Shown piece after piece: positions 46,991-61,300 of a stretch of 64,000 nt of DNA. The notes beneath the pieces are model-generated. The model ran no database searches. It saw only the letters and a list, made by a program, of their open reading frames with translations, and was not told the DNA's origin. A program made the translations under genes and the position numbers. This DNA comes from the human T2T-CHM13v2.0 reference genome, Homo sapiens. The stretch lies in assembly GCA_009914755.4 (NCBI GenBank), contig CP068257.2:30464001-30528000 (forward strand). Direction: 5' to 3'. Each line of letters starts with the position of its first letter. Positions within the stretch are counted from its first letter, which is position 1.

Positions 46991-49900
46991 GAACACAAGC
47001 ATGATTGTAGAAGACCTCATCCTTCTAAGGGAGCCGTGACTTGAAGTAGGTTTAAGTTTCCTATAGAGGAAGAGCAGGCTTGGCTGTGCTTACATGTTGT
47101 TTCCAGCAATCTCTTGACAACTGCCGTGGTGGGTTATGGACTTAGAGCCTCACTCTAGAGGAATCCCTGACCTGCTAGGAGAGTATAATAGTGTGGAATC
47201 TCTGCTTTCATCTCTCCGGGGAAGATGGGCCTTGTCAGTTGCAATGGAGAGACCAGAAAAATGCAAAGATCAAGAGACTAGGTGAGTCCCAGCCATTTAG
47301 AAGAAGATGAGGTGAGAATACCCCAAATATTCCCTCTCTCTGCACTGCGAGAAGTGGGGAGTCTGAAGTTTTCTCCCTCTTTTTGCCATATTTTAAACTA
47401 TGTCATCAGAGCTTGGTAAGGTTCCCTTAGGGGCCAGAAATGGCTCATTGGGAGGCCCCTCAGTTATTCAGAACTCACTGAAGCAGGGGTCTAGGAGAGG
47501 GGCAAGCACCTGGCTCCGGGCTTCATGGAGGAAGGCAGTGAACCCTAGGACTTCCTTCTGGACCATCCAGCCCAAGTCAGCAGGTCAGGAAAGAGCTAGA
47601 CTCAGGGCAGAAGTCCTACCAGGAGTAAGGAACATGTCTTTGGCTTCCATCTTCCTTATTATTCTTTCAGATTCAAGGAGATGTGGCAGGTGGGCTGCAG
47701 CAGCCACCTCAGAGGGAAGGGCTCCCTAAAAAGGGGCTGGATCTCCACATCAACTCCAAAACTCTGCATCACCTAAGATGCTCCCACAGAGGTTCTCAGC
47801 CCCACCATGCATCCGGGTCACAGTGAGCAAATTTAAGGCACAGGTGCTTAGACCCCAGAGGTTCTGACTTAATAGGCCCAGGGAGAAGCCTCAATGTTGG
47901 TAAGACTTTAAAAGGCTTCGAAGCCACTGAGTAATTGCTTTAGATGGCAGGGAATGGTGTAAAGGTAACTCAGTGGGCTTTGGAATTGACTGATTGATCT
48001 GAGGGCCTGGATAATGGGAATAAAAATAAACAATAGTATGTACCTCTATAAAGTGGCTTCCACACAGTAGGTACTCGAATGGCAACTAAACATGATGAGC
48101 ATTAATTATTTGCATGGCTGCACGAGGAAATATAAAAGGGAATGGAAGAACAGGTGGTGGGAGAATACAGCACAGTCACTCTTGCTTGTCAAATCTGACC
48201 TAAGAGTCTTGGCATCAAAAGAGAACTGGAACTATTTTTTTGCAGCAAACGAAAGGTAAAGGGCTAGTCTTAAATGTTGGCCCTGGGATCCAGAATTCCT
48301 ATTTGTACCAATGTGCTGTGCAAATGGTTTACGGATGGAGTGGCCATTTAGCTTTATCTTGCCTTCCTGGCCTGCTGTTAGATTGGAGGGCTGGGGTCTG
48401 CCTTGTGTTAAAGATTATCTCCCTGGAGGGAATGTAATCTGCTATTAGTATGTCTTGTAGGTGGAGGCCAACTGCTTTCCCACAGTCTAAATCTGAATCC
48501 TGTTTACCCACCATTCTATTTAGTAACAGCCATTGGCCAAGGGGAAGAGAATGAAGGATTCCAAGACAGGCTTAAAGCTTTCAGTCTAAAATGAATAGGT
48601 GTTTCCTCCTGCAGGTTTAGGATGATCTCTTTGTGTAACTCACAAGGAGGCTAATCCAATTCCAGGTCTAAGGTCGTCACATTACCGCTTTTAAGGTCCC
48701 CTGAAAAGTCCACGGTAACTCAAGCAGTCTTTCTCCCTTAGATGCTTTATACTTCAAGATTCTGGTCTCTTGACTTTTTAATTGATCTTCACTTGGCACT
48801 TCATACTTGGAACACATCAGCTGGAAGGTTCTTTGTCCCCTCCCTGAGAAATTAACGATGTGTGGGGAAACTTTTAGATGCACCAGGGGAATGCTAATTA
48901 AAAGAGGCCTGCTCCGAGACCTTCCGCAAAACAATCATCCTTTGAATACGTGGCTGCTCACCCTGCCCCAATCTGTCTGCTTTGTACGTTTGGGTTTCAT
49001 GTATTAAGAGTTGCTTAGTGTAGGACTCACTTTTGAACCTCCTTCAGGCTCCAAGATAAAGCCTTGAGCTGGGTCTGCAGGGAGCAGTGTGAGCCAGTTA
49101 GCATGTGGTGGTGACGGCCACAGCCTCTTGCTGGGCTCTAAATCATGGCTAAAACCCCAGAGCTAAAAGCATCACCCCTTTCTGGCACTTTCAATTGAAA
49201 AACCATGCTATATTTTTGTTTCCAATTATAGAAGGAGAAAAATAAAAGCATCTGGAACTCATTACTGTCCCTTTATTCCACGCCATAACTTTAAGAAAGC
49301 AAAATAAGCACTCTCACAAATGCACAGGAAAAGAGAGGAAGCAATGACTCCAGAACTAAGCCCTCACACCCCAGACCCCACTCCCCTGTGCATCTCTGTG
49401 CCCATATTGCAAACACATGGAGCGTGGGGTTTATGACGGAAATCTTGACAGCTCGCCGGCTCACAGGTCTCCGGCTCTTGCAAGGAGGAAGCTCAAGGGA
49501 GTCTGCAAGTCACCCGGCTGCTCAGGACACTGGCTCCCTCTGTCTGGCCGTTCCTAATGTGCAACACTTGACCCCAGCCCAAGAACTCAAGCCCAAAAAG
49601 GTCAGGCCTTCTCCCGAAACGTCTGCGTGGATGGCAAGGATCCTGGTTCCAGGAATCCAAGACTCCAGTGGATGATAGGAAGAACTCAACTTGCAAAAAA
49701 GGCAAGGTGGTATCTGCTTTCATGCCACACAGAAGAAGATTGACACATGACTCCTGGGGGTCTTGGGACCCAAACCTGAACTCCTTGGCATGCCACACAA
49801 GGGCCTTCCTGGTCTGCTCCTTGTTGCTGCCCTGGAATTGTTATCATTGTGCTCCCTGAGCACACTGTCCTCTCCCAGATGATAATTTCTTTCTCTAAAC

Positions 49901-50477
49901 AAACCGTGAACAGCCTTGTCCTTGCCCAAACAGCTCCCCAGTCTTCAAAGCCCTTCCTCGACCCATTTCTATGCCTTTGCCCATGCCTGATAACACAGTT
50001 CATAAATAGTGCCTTCGTTCGAAAGGCACTCTAAATAGTTACTGACCTCTAACTCCATGCTCAGTGTAGTGGTGGGGTTGGGGCTCAGAAATACAATACC
50101 CCCAAACATGGCATCTTGGAAATTAAGAAAACAGCAGAAGCAGAAAGGTCATTCTCTGGCTTTTTTCCACCTTCCTGTGTAAGAGCTGGCCATAAAGGAA
50201 TTCTCTCATCTACCTCTTCTGAAAGTAGGTCACAAGACCCTATGTGACAGGTGTCCTGCCCTATACCCAGAGGAAAGGAATGCTACACAGAGAGGCCAAG
50301 AAGGATCTGAAAAAACAGGCCATGCTAATTCCCTTTAATTTATTATTATTAGGTCATACCCCTCTTATCTGATCATATTTCTACCTAACTGCCCATTCTT
50401 CATGAAACATAAGCATAAAAATACAGTTTTCCCTGGGTCTTTACTTGTTCATTTCTTTAAAAAAAAAAAAAAAAAGC

Positions 50478-50758
50478 CTTTAGGAGACTGGGTTTTACTC
50501 TGTCACCCAGGCTGGAGTGCAGTGGTGTGATCATAGCTCACTGTAGCCTCAACTCTTGGACTCAAGTGATCTTCCTGCCTCAACCTCCCAAGTAGTTGAG
50601 ACTACAGGTGTGTGCTGTCTCACCCAGCTAATTTTAAATGATTTTTTTTTTTTTAGAGACGGGATCTTGATGTGTTGCTCTGGCTGGTCTCAAACTCCTG
50701 GCCTCAAATGATCTTCCCAGAGTGTTGGGATTATAGGCTTGAGCCACCACATCTGGCC
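50478..50758 (-). mobile_element. Older AluJ-type SINE lacking its poly-T end
   Basis: It reads ggagactgggttttactctgtcacccaggctggagtgcagtggtgtgatcatagctcactgtagcctcaactcttggactcaagtgatcttcctgcctcaacctcccaagtagttgagactacagg...ggattataggcttgagccaccacatctggcc. Confidence 0.8.
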
Positions 50759-50902
50759 TAACTGTTCATTTCCGAAGACTCTCATGTCATGGGAAAGCTT
50801 GGTTAAATAAATTTGCTATGCTTTTATCTTGTTAATTTGTCTTTTGTTATGAGGCTGTCAGCCAAGGACCCCTTGATGGGTGAGGAAAAGATATTACTGT
50901 TT

Positions 50903-51194
50903 CTTTTTTTTTTTTTAGACGGAGTTTCGCTTTTGTTGCCCAGGCTGGAGTGCAATGGCATGATCTCAGCTCTCGCAACCTCCACCTCCCGGGCTCAAGC
51001 GATTCTCATGCCTCAGCCTCCCGAGTAGCTGGGATTACGGGCATGTGACACCTAGCCCAGCTAATTTTTGTATTATTAGTAAAGATGAGGTTTCTCCATG
51101 TTGGTCATGGCCTCGAACTCCTGACCTCAGGTAATCCACCCGCCTCGGCCTTCCATAGTTCTGGGATTACAGGTGTGAGCCACTGTGCCTGGCC
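50903..51194 (-). mobile_element. Alu SINE
   Basis: It reads T14 agacggagtttcgcttttgttgcccaggctggagtgcaatggcatgatctcagctc...gggattacaggtgtgagccactgtgcctggcc. A short flanking repeat gatatta is present. Confidence 0.9.
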
Positions 51195-52289
51195 GATATT
51201 AGCTTTTCTCGGCTGCAGTAGACACTAGAGCTACAGGAGAGAAAAAGACAGGGTCCTTGGCCTCAGAGAACCTAAAGGGGAGTGCACATTCAGTTTGGTT
51301 TATTTTTAGCCCGTGACTACGAGGTATCTGGCACTGTAGGGGTGTTTTGGTTTCCTATGGATGCTATAACAAACTTAATAGCTCAAAACAACCACAAATT
51401 TATTAGTTTACTATTCTGTTGTCCAGCACGAGTCTAGGCTAAAATTAAGGTGTCAGCAGGAGTGCATAACTTCCTGGAGGCTTTAGGAGAGAACTGGTTT
51501 CCTTGCCTTTTCCAGCTTCTAGAGACCATACTTTCCTTGGCTCCTGGCCACATCCTCCATCTTCAAAGCCAGTAAGAGCAATAGGGGCCTTTGCATACCA
51601 CATCACTCTCTCACTGTCTCCCTCTTCTATTTCTAAAAACCCTTGTCCAAACCCTTGTCTAAAAACATTTGGTCCACATAGATAATCCAGTATAATCTCT
51701 TTAAAGGCAGATGATTAGCAACTCTCATTCCATCTGCAATCTTAATTTCCCTTTGCCATGTAATGTAAAACATTCCCGTGATTAGGACATGGACTGGACG
51801 TCTTGTGGGGATGCATTATTCTGTCTACCACGGAGGACCGAATGATAAAGGGAATACTGTCATTCCCCTTAAAGAGACATTTTTGCAAAGCCTTCCTTAA
51901 AAACACAAGCAGGATTAAGAAACTCCTTCTATATTCCCATTACACTGTCTGCACTTTAAAAACACCTCTTTTATAACATTTAACATGCTTAAAGCAGTGT
52001 TTGTCAGAGCGTGGGACAAGTAATACTTGATAGTTTGCATTTAGTCATTTTGCACTTTAATAATTATGCATTTATTTTAATGTGAGTGAAGAGCATAAGC
52101 AGCATATCCAACCTGTGATATAATCTTTCCTTTTAAATTAAATCCATTTAAGCTTTTAAAGAGTGAGATGTAAAATATGAATTAGTGGTACATACTGTAT
52201 AGGCCAAGGCAAAAAAAAAAAAAGGAAGGAGTACTTGAGATGACTGCAATATAGGAAAATTACAGTTAATGTTTTCTGGATAAATTCTG

Positions 52290-52415
52290 AGTTCCTTAAG
52301 GGCAGAGATTTGTCCATCTGCTTATTACTGTATTAATTTTCATATTTCTGGAATCTGACGTCTATGATGGCATAGGTGCTCAAATGTTTATTGAATGAAT
52401 AAATAAAGTAGGATT
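52290..52415 (+). mobile_element. MIR/L2-type tail fragment
   Basis: It reads ttccttaagggcagagatttgtccatctgcttattactgtattaattttc...ggcataggtgctcaaatgtttattgaatgaataaataaag. Confidence 0.35.
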
Positions 52416-52949
52416 GTCTTGTAGACTTCTATTTGCTTCAACTTTACACCTTTTGAATTACTTTCACATTATGGAAATGCAGCTAAAGTAACAGTTGAAC
52501 AATCATCATCTGATATTTTAGTTATTTAATTTTAGTGAGATTTTGCTATAATGTGTACTCTGTGGAAATAATATATGAGGGCACAAATATTAAAGATTAA
52601 ACGTGGCTGAGGCTCAGATTGTTGTTAGTGAATTAACAAGTGAAAATTATACCAAAGTATAGGAAGGTGGAAGCTGATATATACACTAGATTTCCATCTT
52701 TTCCCTCTTGGTGCCTGAATCTTAGTAAAAGTGTTCTGGTTTGGGGGATGTTTCTTGAATTACATGGTTCATTAGCTCGTTCATGCATTCAGCACTATGG
52801 CAGGTCCATTGTCGCTGAGAATAAGCAAGATGTGGAGGACACAAAAATAAGACCCAGTCACTGCCTTTGAGAAGCTTTGATAGCAAGATCCACACTTAAA
52901 CCTATTACTGCCACATAATCAAAGAGCTATGCCAGGAATGACAGTTCCT

Positions 52950-54440
<1,491 letters not shown>

Positions 54441-54599
54441 GCAATGACAAATGTCTGTCTAAATATCAACCCTATAACTGGGAACTATATCCCTCCTTCC
54501 CTATATGAGTTCTGTTTAAAGTTGAACACAAAAGGAATTCCATGATATCTCTGACATGGAAAGGAAGCAGTAACCATTACTCCCTGAAGGCTTAGAGTC

Positions 54600-56330
54600 A
54601 GATGCAGCGACTGAAGAAGAAACAACTTGGGCTTGGTTTACAGATGGTTCTACACAATATACTGGTACCGCAAAGGAGAGCTGCAACACGACATTGCCAC
54701 TGAAGGACAGGGGTAAACAGAAATTCTCTCCGTTGGCAGGAATTCAAGCAATGTACTTGTTGTTCATTTTGTCTGGAAGAAGAAGCGGCTAGAGATATGT
54801 ATGTATACTGGCTTATGGGCAATGGCAAATGGTTTGGCCAGATGGTCAGGGACTTGAAATACAATTGGGAAATTAGTGACAAGAGGATCTGGGGAACAGA
54901 TATGTGGATATGTGGATAGGCCTCTCTGAATGGACACAGAGGACAAAGATATTTGTGTGCCACATGAATGCTTGCAAAAGAGCAAACTTACCCGGGAAGA
55001 TCTTAATAGACAAGACAGCCCATTCTGTAGATGTCAGTCTCGTTGCCACCTTTCCCTGGCTTCGCCCAATGGACTCATGAACAAAGTGAACATTGTAGCA
55101 GGGTTAGAGACTATGCATGGGCTTTTGCTTACCAAAGCTGATCCACCTACAGCCACTGCTGGGTGCCCAACCAGCCAGCTGCAGAGATCAACAATGAGCT
55201 CCTGATAAGTTATCATTCCCAAAGGAATCAGCCAGGCACATGGTAGCATATTTTTTACATTCTCTATCACTTCCATATGGCAGTGATAGCACTTTGGTCT
55301 CACCAAAATAGACATTTACTCTGTATATGGATTTGTCTTTCTTGCCTGCGAACCTTCTGCTAAAACCATCGTCTCTAGGCTCACAGAGTGCTTTATTTAG
55401 TGCCATGATATTCCATGTAGCATCACTGCTGATGGGAGGGCTCATTTTATAGCACATGAAGTGCCACAATGGACTCATACTTATAGAATGCCCAAGTCTC
55501 ACAATCATCCTAAAGCAGCTGGCCTGGTAGAATGATGGCATAGCCTTTTGAAGACTCAGTTGTAGCGTCAGCTGGGTGGCAACATTTATGGGCCTCCAGA
55601 ATGTGATACTTGCTCTAACTCCATATTGGCTGATGTTTCTCTCAAAGCCCGAATTAAGATGTCCGGGAATCAAGGGGTGGAAAAGGGAGTGATTTCTCTT
55701 ACTAGTCCCTTAATAATTCACAAGCAAAGTTTTTGCTTTTTGTCCCCATGATTTTGGGTTCTGCTTGTCTAGAGGTGTTTGATTCTGACAGAAGACACAA
55801 CAGTGGTTCTATTAAACTGGAAGCTGAGACTGCCACCTGGCTCCTTTGTGTTTCTCGTGCCATGAACCAACAAGTGGAGAAAGAGCTTACTGCACTGACT
55901 GGGGTGCTCCATCCTGACTCTCAAGTGGAAACTGGGTGGTGACCTCACATGAGGGCAGATGAGCGGATGTCTGAACCATAGGAGATCCTCTTGGGCACCT
56001 CTTAGCACTCCCATGTCCTGTGACAAAAGTTAGCAGGAAACGACAACAAGCCAGCTCAGACAGGATTGCCAGTGGCACAGAGCTTTCAGGAATGATGAAA
56101 GCATGGCTGCTGAGGTGCTTGCTACAAACAAAGAAAATATGGACTGGGTGGGGAAGAAGTAAGTGATGAATGTCAGCCATGACCATGTGGCCAGTTGAAG
56201 AAAACAAAGACTGTCATCATGATTAGTAATTTCAAAAAGGGACCCAGCTAGAAGAGAAATGAGTATCACACAAAGATGGATAAGAGGAAGATTTGTGTAT
56301 CCTCTTTTGGGGAAAGGATGACATGTTTGG
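54600..56330 (+). mobile_element. Degenerate endogenous-retrovirus internal fragment covering the pol RNase H-integrase region, with no flanking LTRs in view
   Basis: Plus-strand translation gives ...LGLVYRWFYTIYWY... around the sequence gcttggtttacagatggttctaca. That is an A-W-F-T-D-G-S RNase H motif. Further along it gives ...FVCHMNACKRANLPGKILIDKTAHSV, which is an RNase H C-terminal HxxAHQK-like motif. Later still it gives IPCSITADGRAHFIAHEVPQWTHTYRMPKSHNHPKAAGLVE(*)WHSLLKTQL(*)RQLGGN, which is an integrase catalytic-core pattern D..G..F...E, with stops and frameshifts. Confidence 0.6.
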
Positions 56331-56436
56331 GGTGTTCAAGTTGTGCATCCTGTTAGGTGGAGGCATTATTTTTCTACTGCCTTTATTTGGAGGTAATGGT
56401 TCAAAGAGGTGTGTGTGGATACCAAGTTGATATAGA

Positions 56437-56665
56437 GTCCAGGGGTGTCCAATCTTTTAGCTTCTCTGGGCCACATTGGAAGAAGTATTGTCTTGGGCCA
56501 CACATATGACACATTAACACTAATGATAGCTGATGAGCTTTAAAAAAAATTGCAAAAATAATCTCATAATGTTTTCAGAAAGTTTACAAATTTGTGTTGG
56601 TCCATATTCAAAGCTGTCCTGTGCCGCATGCAGACCTCAGGCCACAGGTTGGGCAAGCTTGGTGT
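56437..56665 (+). mobile_element. MER1-type (hAT-Charlie) DNA-transposon fragment
   Basis: It reads caggggtgtccaatcttttagcttctctgggccacattggaagaagtattgtcttgggccacacatatgacacattaacactaatgatagctgatgagctttaaaaaaaattgcaaaaataatctcataatgttttcagaaagtttacaaatttgtgttggtccatattcaaagctgtcctgtgccgcatgcagacctcaggccacaggttgggcaagcttg. Confidence 0.7.
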
Positions 56666-56794
56666 AGCCTGTGTTAGATTGTCCTATTGACAACTTGGTT
56701 GAGTTGGAAATTTCACTCCCAGAATCCTCTTCTCTATATGATTCCGCGTTAAATTTGGCCAAAAGGGGAACTTGAAAAAGATCTGGGAGGCAGA

Positions 56795-57383
<589 letters not shown>

Positions 57384-57582
57384 TCATGGTCCCACTTGGT
57401 GGCTGGATGTACCTGGTCTCTCACATTTCTCCTGAAAGCTCCAACTTGTCCACCTACACCAGTGCTTCAGGGAAAGCTGGTTAATGACTTCATCTCTAGC
57501 CCTCTAACTCTCCTTAACTACCTTCACCTCCCCAGTTCCTCTCATCATTATGTAAGGTCTAATTCCTGAACTAAATGTCTTA

Positions 57583-57682
57583 TTAGGTTGCTGCAAAAGT
57601 AATTGCTGTTTTTGCCATACTTTCAATGCCATTACTTTTGAAAGGAATGGCAAAAACCGCAATTACTTTTGCACCAACTTAA
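57583..57682. mobile_element. MADE1-like (Hsmar1-derived) palindromic MITE of 100 bp, with an expanded centre
   Basis: It reads ttaggttgctgcaaaagtaattgctgtttttgccat actttcaatgccattacttttgaaagg aatggcaaaaaccgcaattacttttgcaccaacttaa. The arms are near-perfect inverted repeats matching the MADE1 terminal inverted repeats. Confidence 0.75.
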
Positions 57683-57699
57683 TATCTAACAACATTGAT

Positions 57700-58320
57700 A
57701 GTGGTTCCACTTCCCTGGATGTATTTTGGCTTCCATACTAGGTGGCATGGGGGAGGGGAGGTGGGGATATACTAGAGTTCCTTAGAGAAATAGGGCCCAT
57801 ACTATATATATATTATACATATATATGATTTCTTATGGGAATTGGCTCATGCAATTATGGAGACCAGGAAGTCCCATGATGTACTGTTGCAAGGTGGGGA
57901 ACCAAAAAAGCCAGTGATGTAATTCAGATTCCACAGGCCTGTGAAACAGGGGAGGCAATGGCCTCCTAGTCCGAGGCCAAAGGCCTGAGGACTGCAGTGG
58001 GACAGGGGAGGCCTGGAGGGTAAGTTCCAGGGTCCACTGGCTGGAGAAGCAGAAGCACAGAAGTCTAGATGGAGGTCCCAGTGCAAGGAAAAAGAGAATG
58101 TGCCCTTCCTCCCCCTTTTTGTTTTATTTCAGGCCTGCAATGGATTAGATGATGCCTACCCACAATGGGGAGGGTGGGTCTTCTTGACTCCATCCACTGA
58201 TTCAAACGCAAATCTCCTTCAGAAACACCCTTGTAGACACACCCAGAAATAATGTTTTACCAGCTATCTTGGCCACCCTTAGCCAGGCAACTGGACAAGT
58301 AAAATTAACCATGACTAGTA
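57700..58320. mobile_element. Ancient interspersed repeat of LTR-like appearance, family unresolved
   Basis: It contains ...ggctcatgcaattatggagaccaggaagtcccatgatgtactgttgcaagg... and ...ttcaggcctgcaatggattagatgatgcctacccacaatggggagggtgggtcttcttgactccatccactgattcaaacgcaaatctccttcagaaacacccttgtagacacacccagaaataatgttttaccagctatcttggccacccttagccaggcaactggacaagtaaaattaaccatgac. I recall this as a very common mammalian repeat but cannot name it reliably. Confidence 0.35.
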
Positions 58321-61300
58321 GTGAATTGCACACTTGTGCTGGAAGTTTCCATCCATCAAGAGGTACATCATTTCTGCTTAAGCCTTATTAGCCAAAGCAG
58401 ATCCGATGGCCACACCTAACTTCAAAAATGGCAGGGAAATGCGATCCTATTGAGCCTAAAAGGAACTTGAACCAGAATATTTGTGAACATGTGAAGGTGA
58501 CCACCATGCATAGGAAATAAGTAAATGACCAATAGATATTTGGATATTTGGATGAATGTATAGATGTGAGATTTTAAATATTTATAAAGGTCAGTAGAAA
58601 TCAACAAAGAGGAAAACAAATTTTATTGGTCAGGTCTCATGCACTATGCACTAACCTTGTATAAAATCACTTACAAGCTTTTCGTTAGACCTCAAAAACT
58701 CCTATAAAATAAATTTCCTTCTCATTTTACAAACTCCATGAAATCAGGAACCATGCTTTTTTTAATGGGCTGTATTTTTTAGAGCAGTTTTATGTTTACA
58801 GGAAAAACATTGAGAAGATAGTCTGGAGAGTTTACATAATGTTGATGAAAAGAGTCAAACTCTGTAAAATATTTGAAGAGATTTATTCTGAGCCAAATAT
58901 GAGTGACCATGGCCTGCGACACAGCCCTCAGGAGGTCCTGAGAACATGTGTCCGAGGTGGTTGGGGTACAGCCTGGTTTTATGTATTTTAGGGAGGCATA
59001 TTTTAGGGAGCAATCAAATACATTTAAGAAATACATTGGTTTGGTTTAGAAAGGCGGACAACTCAAAGCAGGGGCTTCCAGGCTATAGGGAAATTTAAAC
59101 GTTTTCTGGTTGACAATTGGTTGAGGTTATCTGAACACCTGGGATTGATAGAAAGAATGTTCACGTTAAAGATAAAGGATTGTGGAGACCAAGTTTTATT
59201 GTGCAGATGAAGTTCTTACCAGACTTTAGAGACAGCAGGTGGTAAATTGTTTTATATCAGACTTAAAAGGGCACCAGGCTCTTAGTTGATTATCTCCTGG
59301 ATTTGGGAAGGAAGGAAGGAAGGAAAACCAAGGGGAAAAGGGATTCTCTACAGAATGTGGTTTTTTCCCACAAGAGACTTTGCAGGGCAATTTCAAGGTA
59401 TGGCAAGGAAATATATTTTGGGGTAAAACATTTTGATTTTCTTCCTTGTTATGCCAGAGTCAGATTGGAAAGTCACGAGATACAGGATTAAATAAAATCC
59501 ATTTGATAAAAATTTCTGGTTTTTAGGACCTCTTAGAAAGGAATTTGGGTAAGGTAAAAAATCAGAGTTTAGTCTTCAGTCCTCCCTCTTGGCCAAAAAG
59601 CATTCACAGAAAGCATATGCAGGCCAACAGCGGCAGATTCCATGGCTCTAGGAGCACTTATTCCTAGAGTTGTCTGATCTGTTCATTTGGCGAGGTCCCA
59701 CGGTGCTAGGAAGGCTTATTCCTAGTGTAGTCTGGTTGATGGTAGTTTTAAATATTAGCGATTTGGATAATGGGGGGAGGACATGGTCTGACCTGATGCA
59801 ATAGCCAATTGTTTACCGAGTGAGATGGAGTCAGGCCTAGGGTTTAGCCTAAAAAAAACCATCCCGGATCAGATCTATTTTCTGAGTTATTATGATCCAG
59901 GTTTTTAATTGTGTCTTTCCTTTTGCTGTACCTGGCATAATATTTGCAAGAAAATGTCTAATGTTAATATAGTAACAAATATAAAGATAGTGAAGGTTTG
60001 GGCGTCCAAGGTTGTAGTTAGAATCAGAGGACACTAACCAACCCAATCAGCCAGAAAACCCCGTATGCATCATCATATTTTTGATCAAACTCACAATGTG
60101 TTTACCTTCCTTATTAAGGGTTATTTGGACCTTGTGATAAATCTTACTTGAGAATTGTGGGACAAACATTAAATTAGAATTTAATAAATGTAATCTCTTT
60201 TCTAGCCAATGTGTTTCCATAGGTATAGCATCCTATGCATATAACATAAATTAAATACCAGAAACACCTGGTCCTCAGTGTTTAAATTGTGATAGACTTG
60301 TTAACAGTAGACAAATCTATTTCCCGCCCACCACCCCCACCAACCGACTTTTGTGTTGCACCATATACTGGTATTTGGAGGGAAAAGGTTTTGTCGCAGG
60401 AGAAGTTATATAATTCTACAGTGTTATTTTTTTCCTTGGCAGGACTATCTATGGCTGAGGACCATAAGAGTTAAAAGACTTATAGCCAATTAATTGTTCT
60501 AGGCCAGATAGGAAGGGTTGTGGACAGCCATTTGTTACTTTTAAAAATTATTAGTTTAAGTAAAAAGGCCAGCAGAAAAACCAAAAGGCAAAGTTGCAAG
60601 ACTGACTTATTTTTAACTTCTATGTGTTGAGCTGCTGTGAGTTTGGTTTTTGTTACAGACTTACAGCAATTAGCTATACAAAACATAAGCACTGCTCTGA
60701 AAAATTAAAAATATATATGGATAGATAGGTTTATTTTTACCACTTATCATTGGGAGTATTATACCCAGGAAGCTTTGTGGTAAGGTATTTTATCCTGTTA
60801 GTAAATGTTTTTCTTTAATTTTACAGCAAAATTTTATGGTTGGGATGGATGCAAAAGTGACAAATAATAGTTTAGAAGACAAGCAAACTTGTTTTACCAG
60901 CTGTTTAGGCATTTTTTTTTTGGACCTCCTTTTTGATTTGGAGGGTTTGATCTTGTCCTAATTTTATCCCTCGAAACTGGCCCTTACAAATTGTACATGC
61001 CCACCTCTTCTGCGATAGTCCCTGGACCTAGAGGGAGGCAGCTTGTATAGCTCTGGCAGCAAAGCATTAGCAGTGAAACAGATCCAGACCCAGTGGATGT
61101 CAAATGAGGGAGATTCCTATCTCTGGTCTTCAGAATACCATGATTTTGGTTTGCTTGGAAGTAAAACAAAAAGAGATAAATAACAGTTATAGTTTGACAG
61201 TTATAACAGTAATTTGTATGTTAGAACAGAAAAAGGAACCTGTTCCATTAGGGCACCAACTGAAAACATGAAGAAAAATTATAATCAGGTACTTTTTAGA

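Noticed and set aside
49380-50040. Cluster of mutually overlapping ORFs of 95-105 aa on both strands
   Set aside because: It is mutually exclusive overlapping frames in a moderately GC-rich stretch. This is typical chance ORFs, with no codon-periodicity signal visible by eye and no recognisable motifs.
55188-55673. Longest ORF in the window: 161 aa on the minus strand
   Set aside because: It lies antisense to the degenerate ERV pol region, where the plus strand carries RNase H and integrase motifs. It has no recognisable domain, no Kozak context and no splice context. It is a chance open frame in decayed retroviral sequence.
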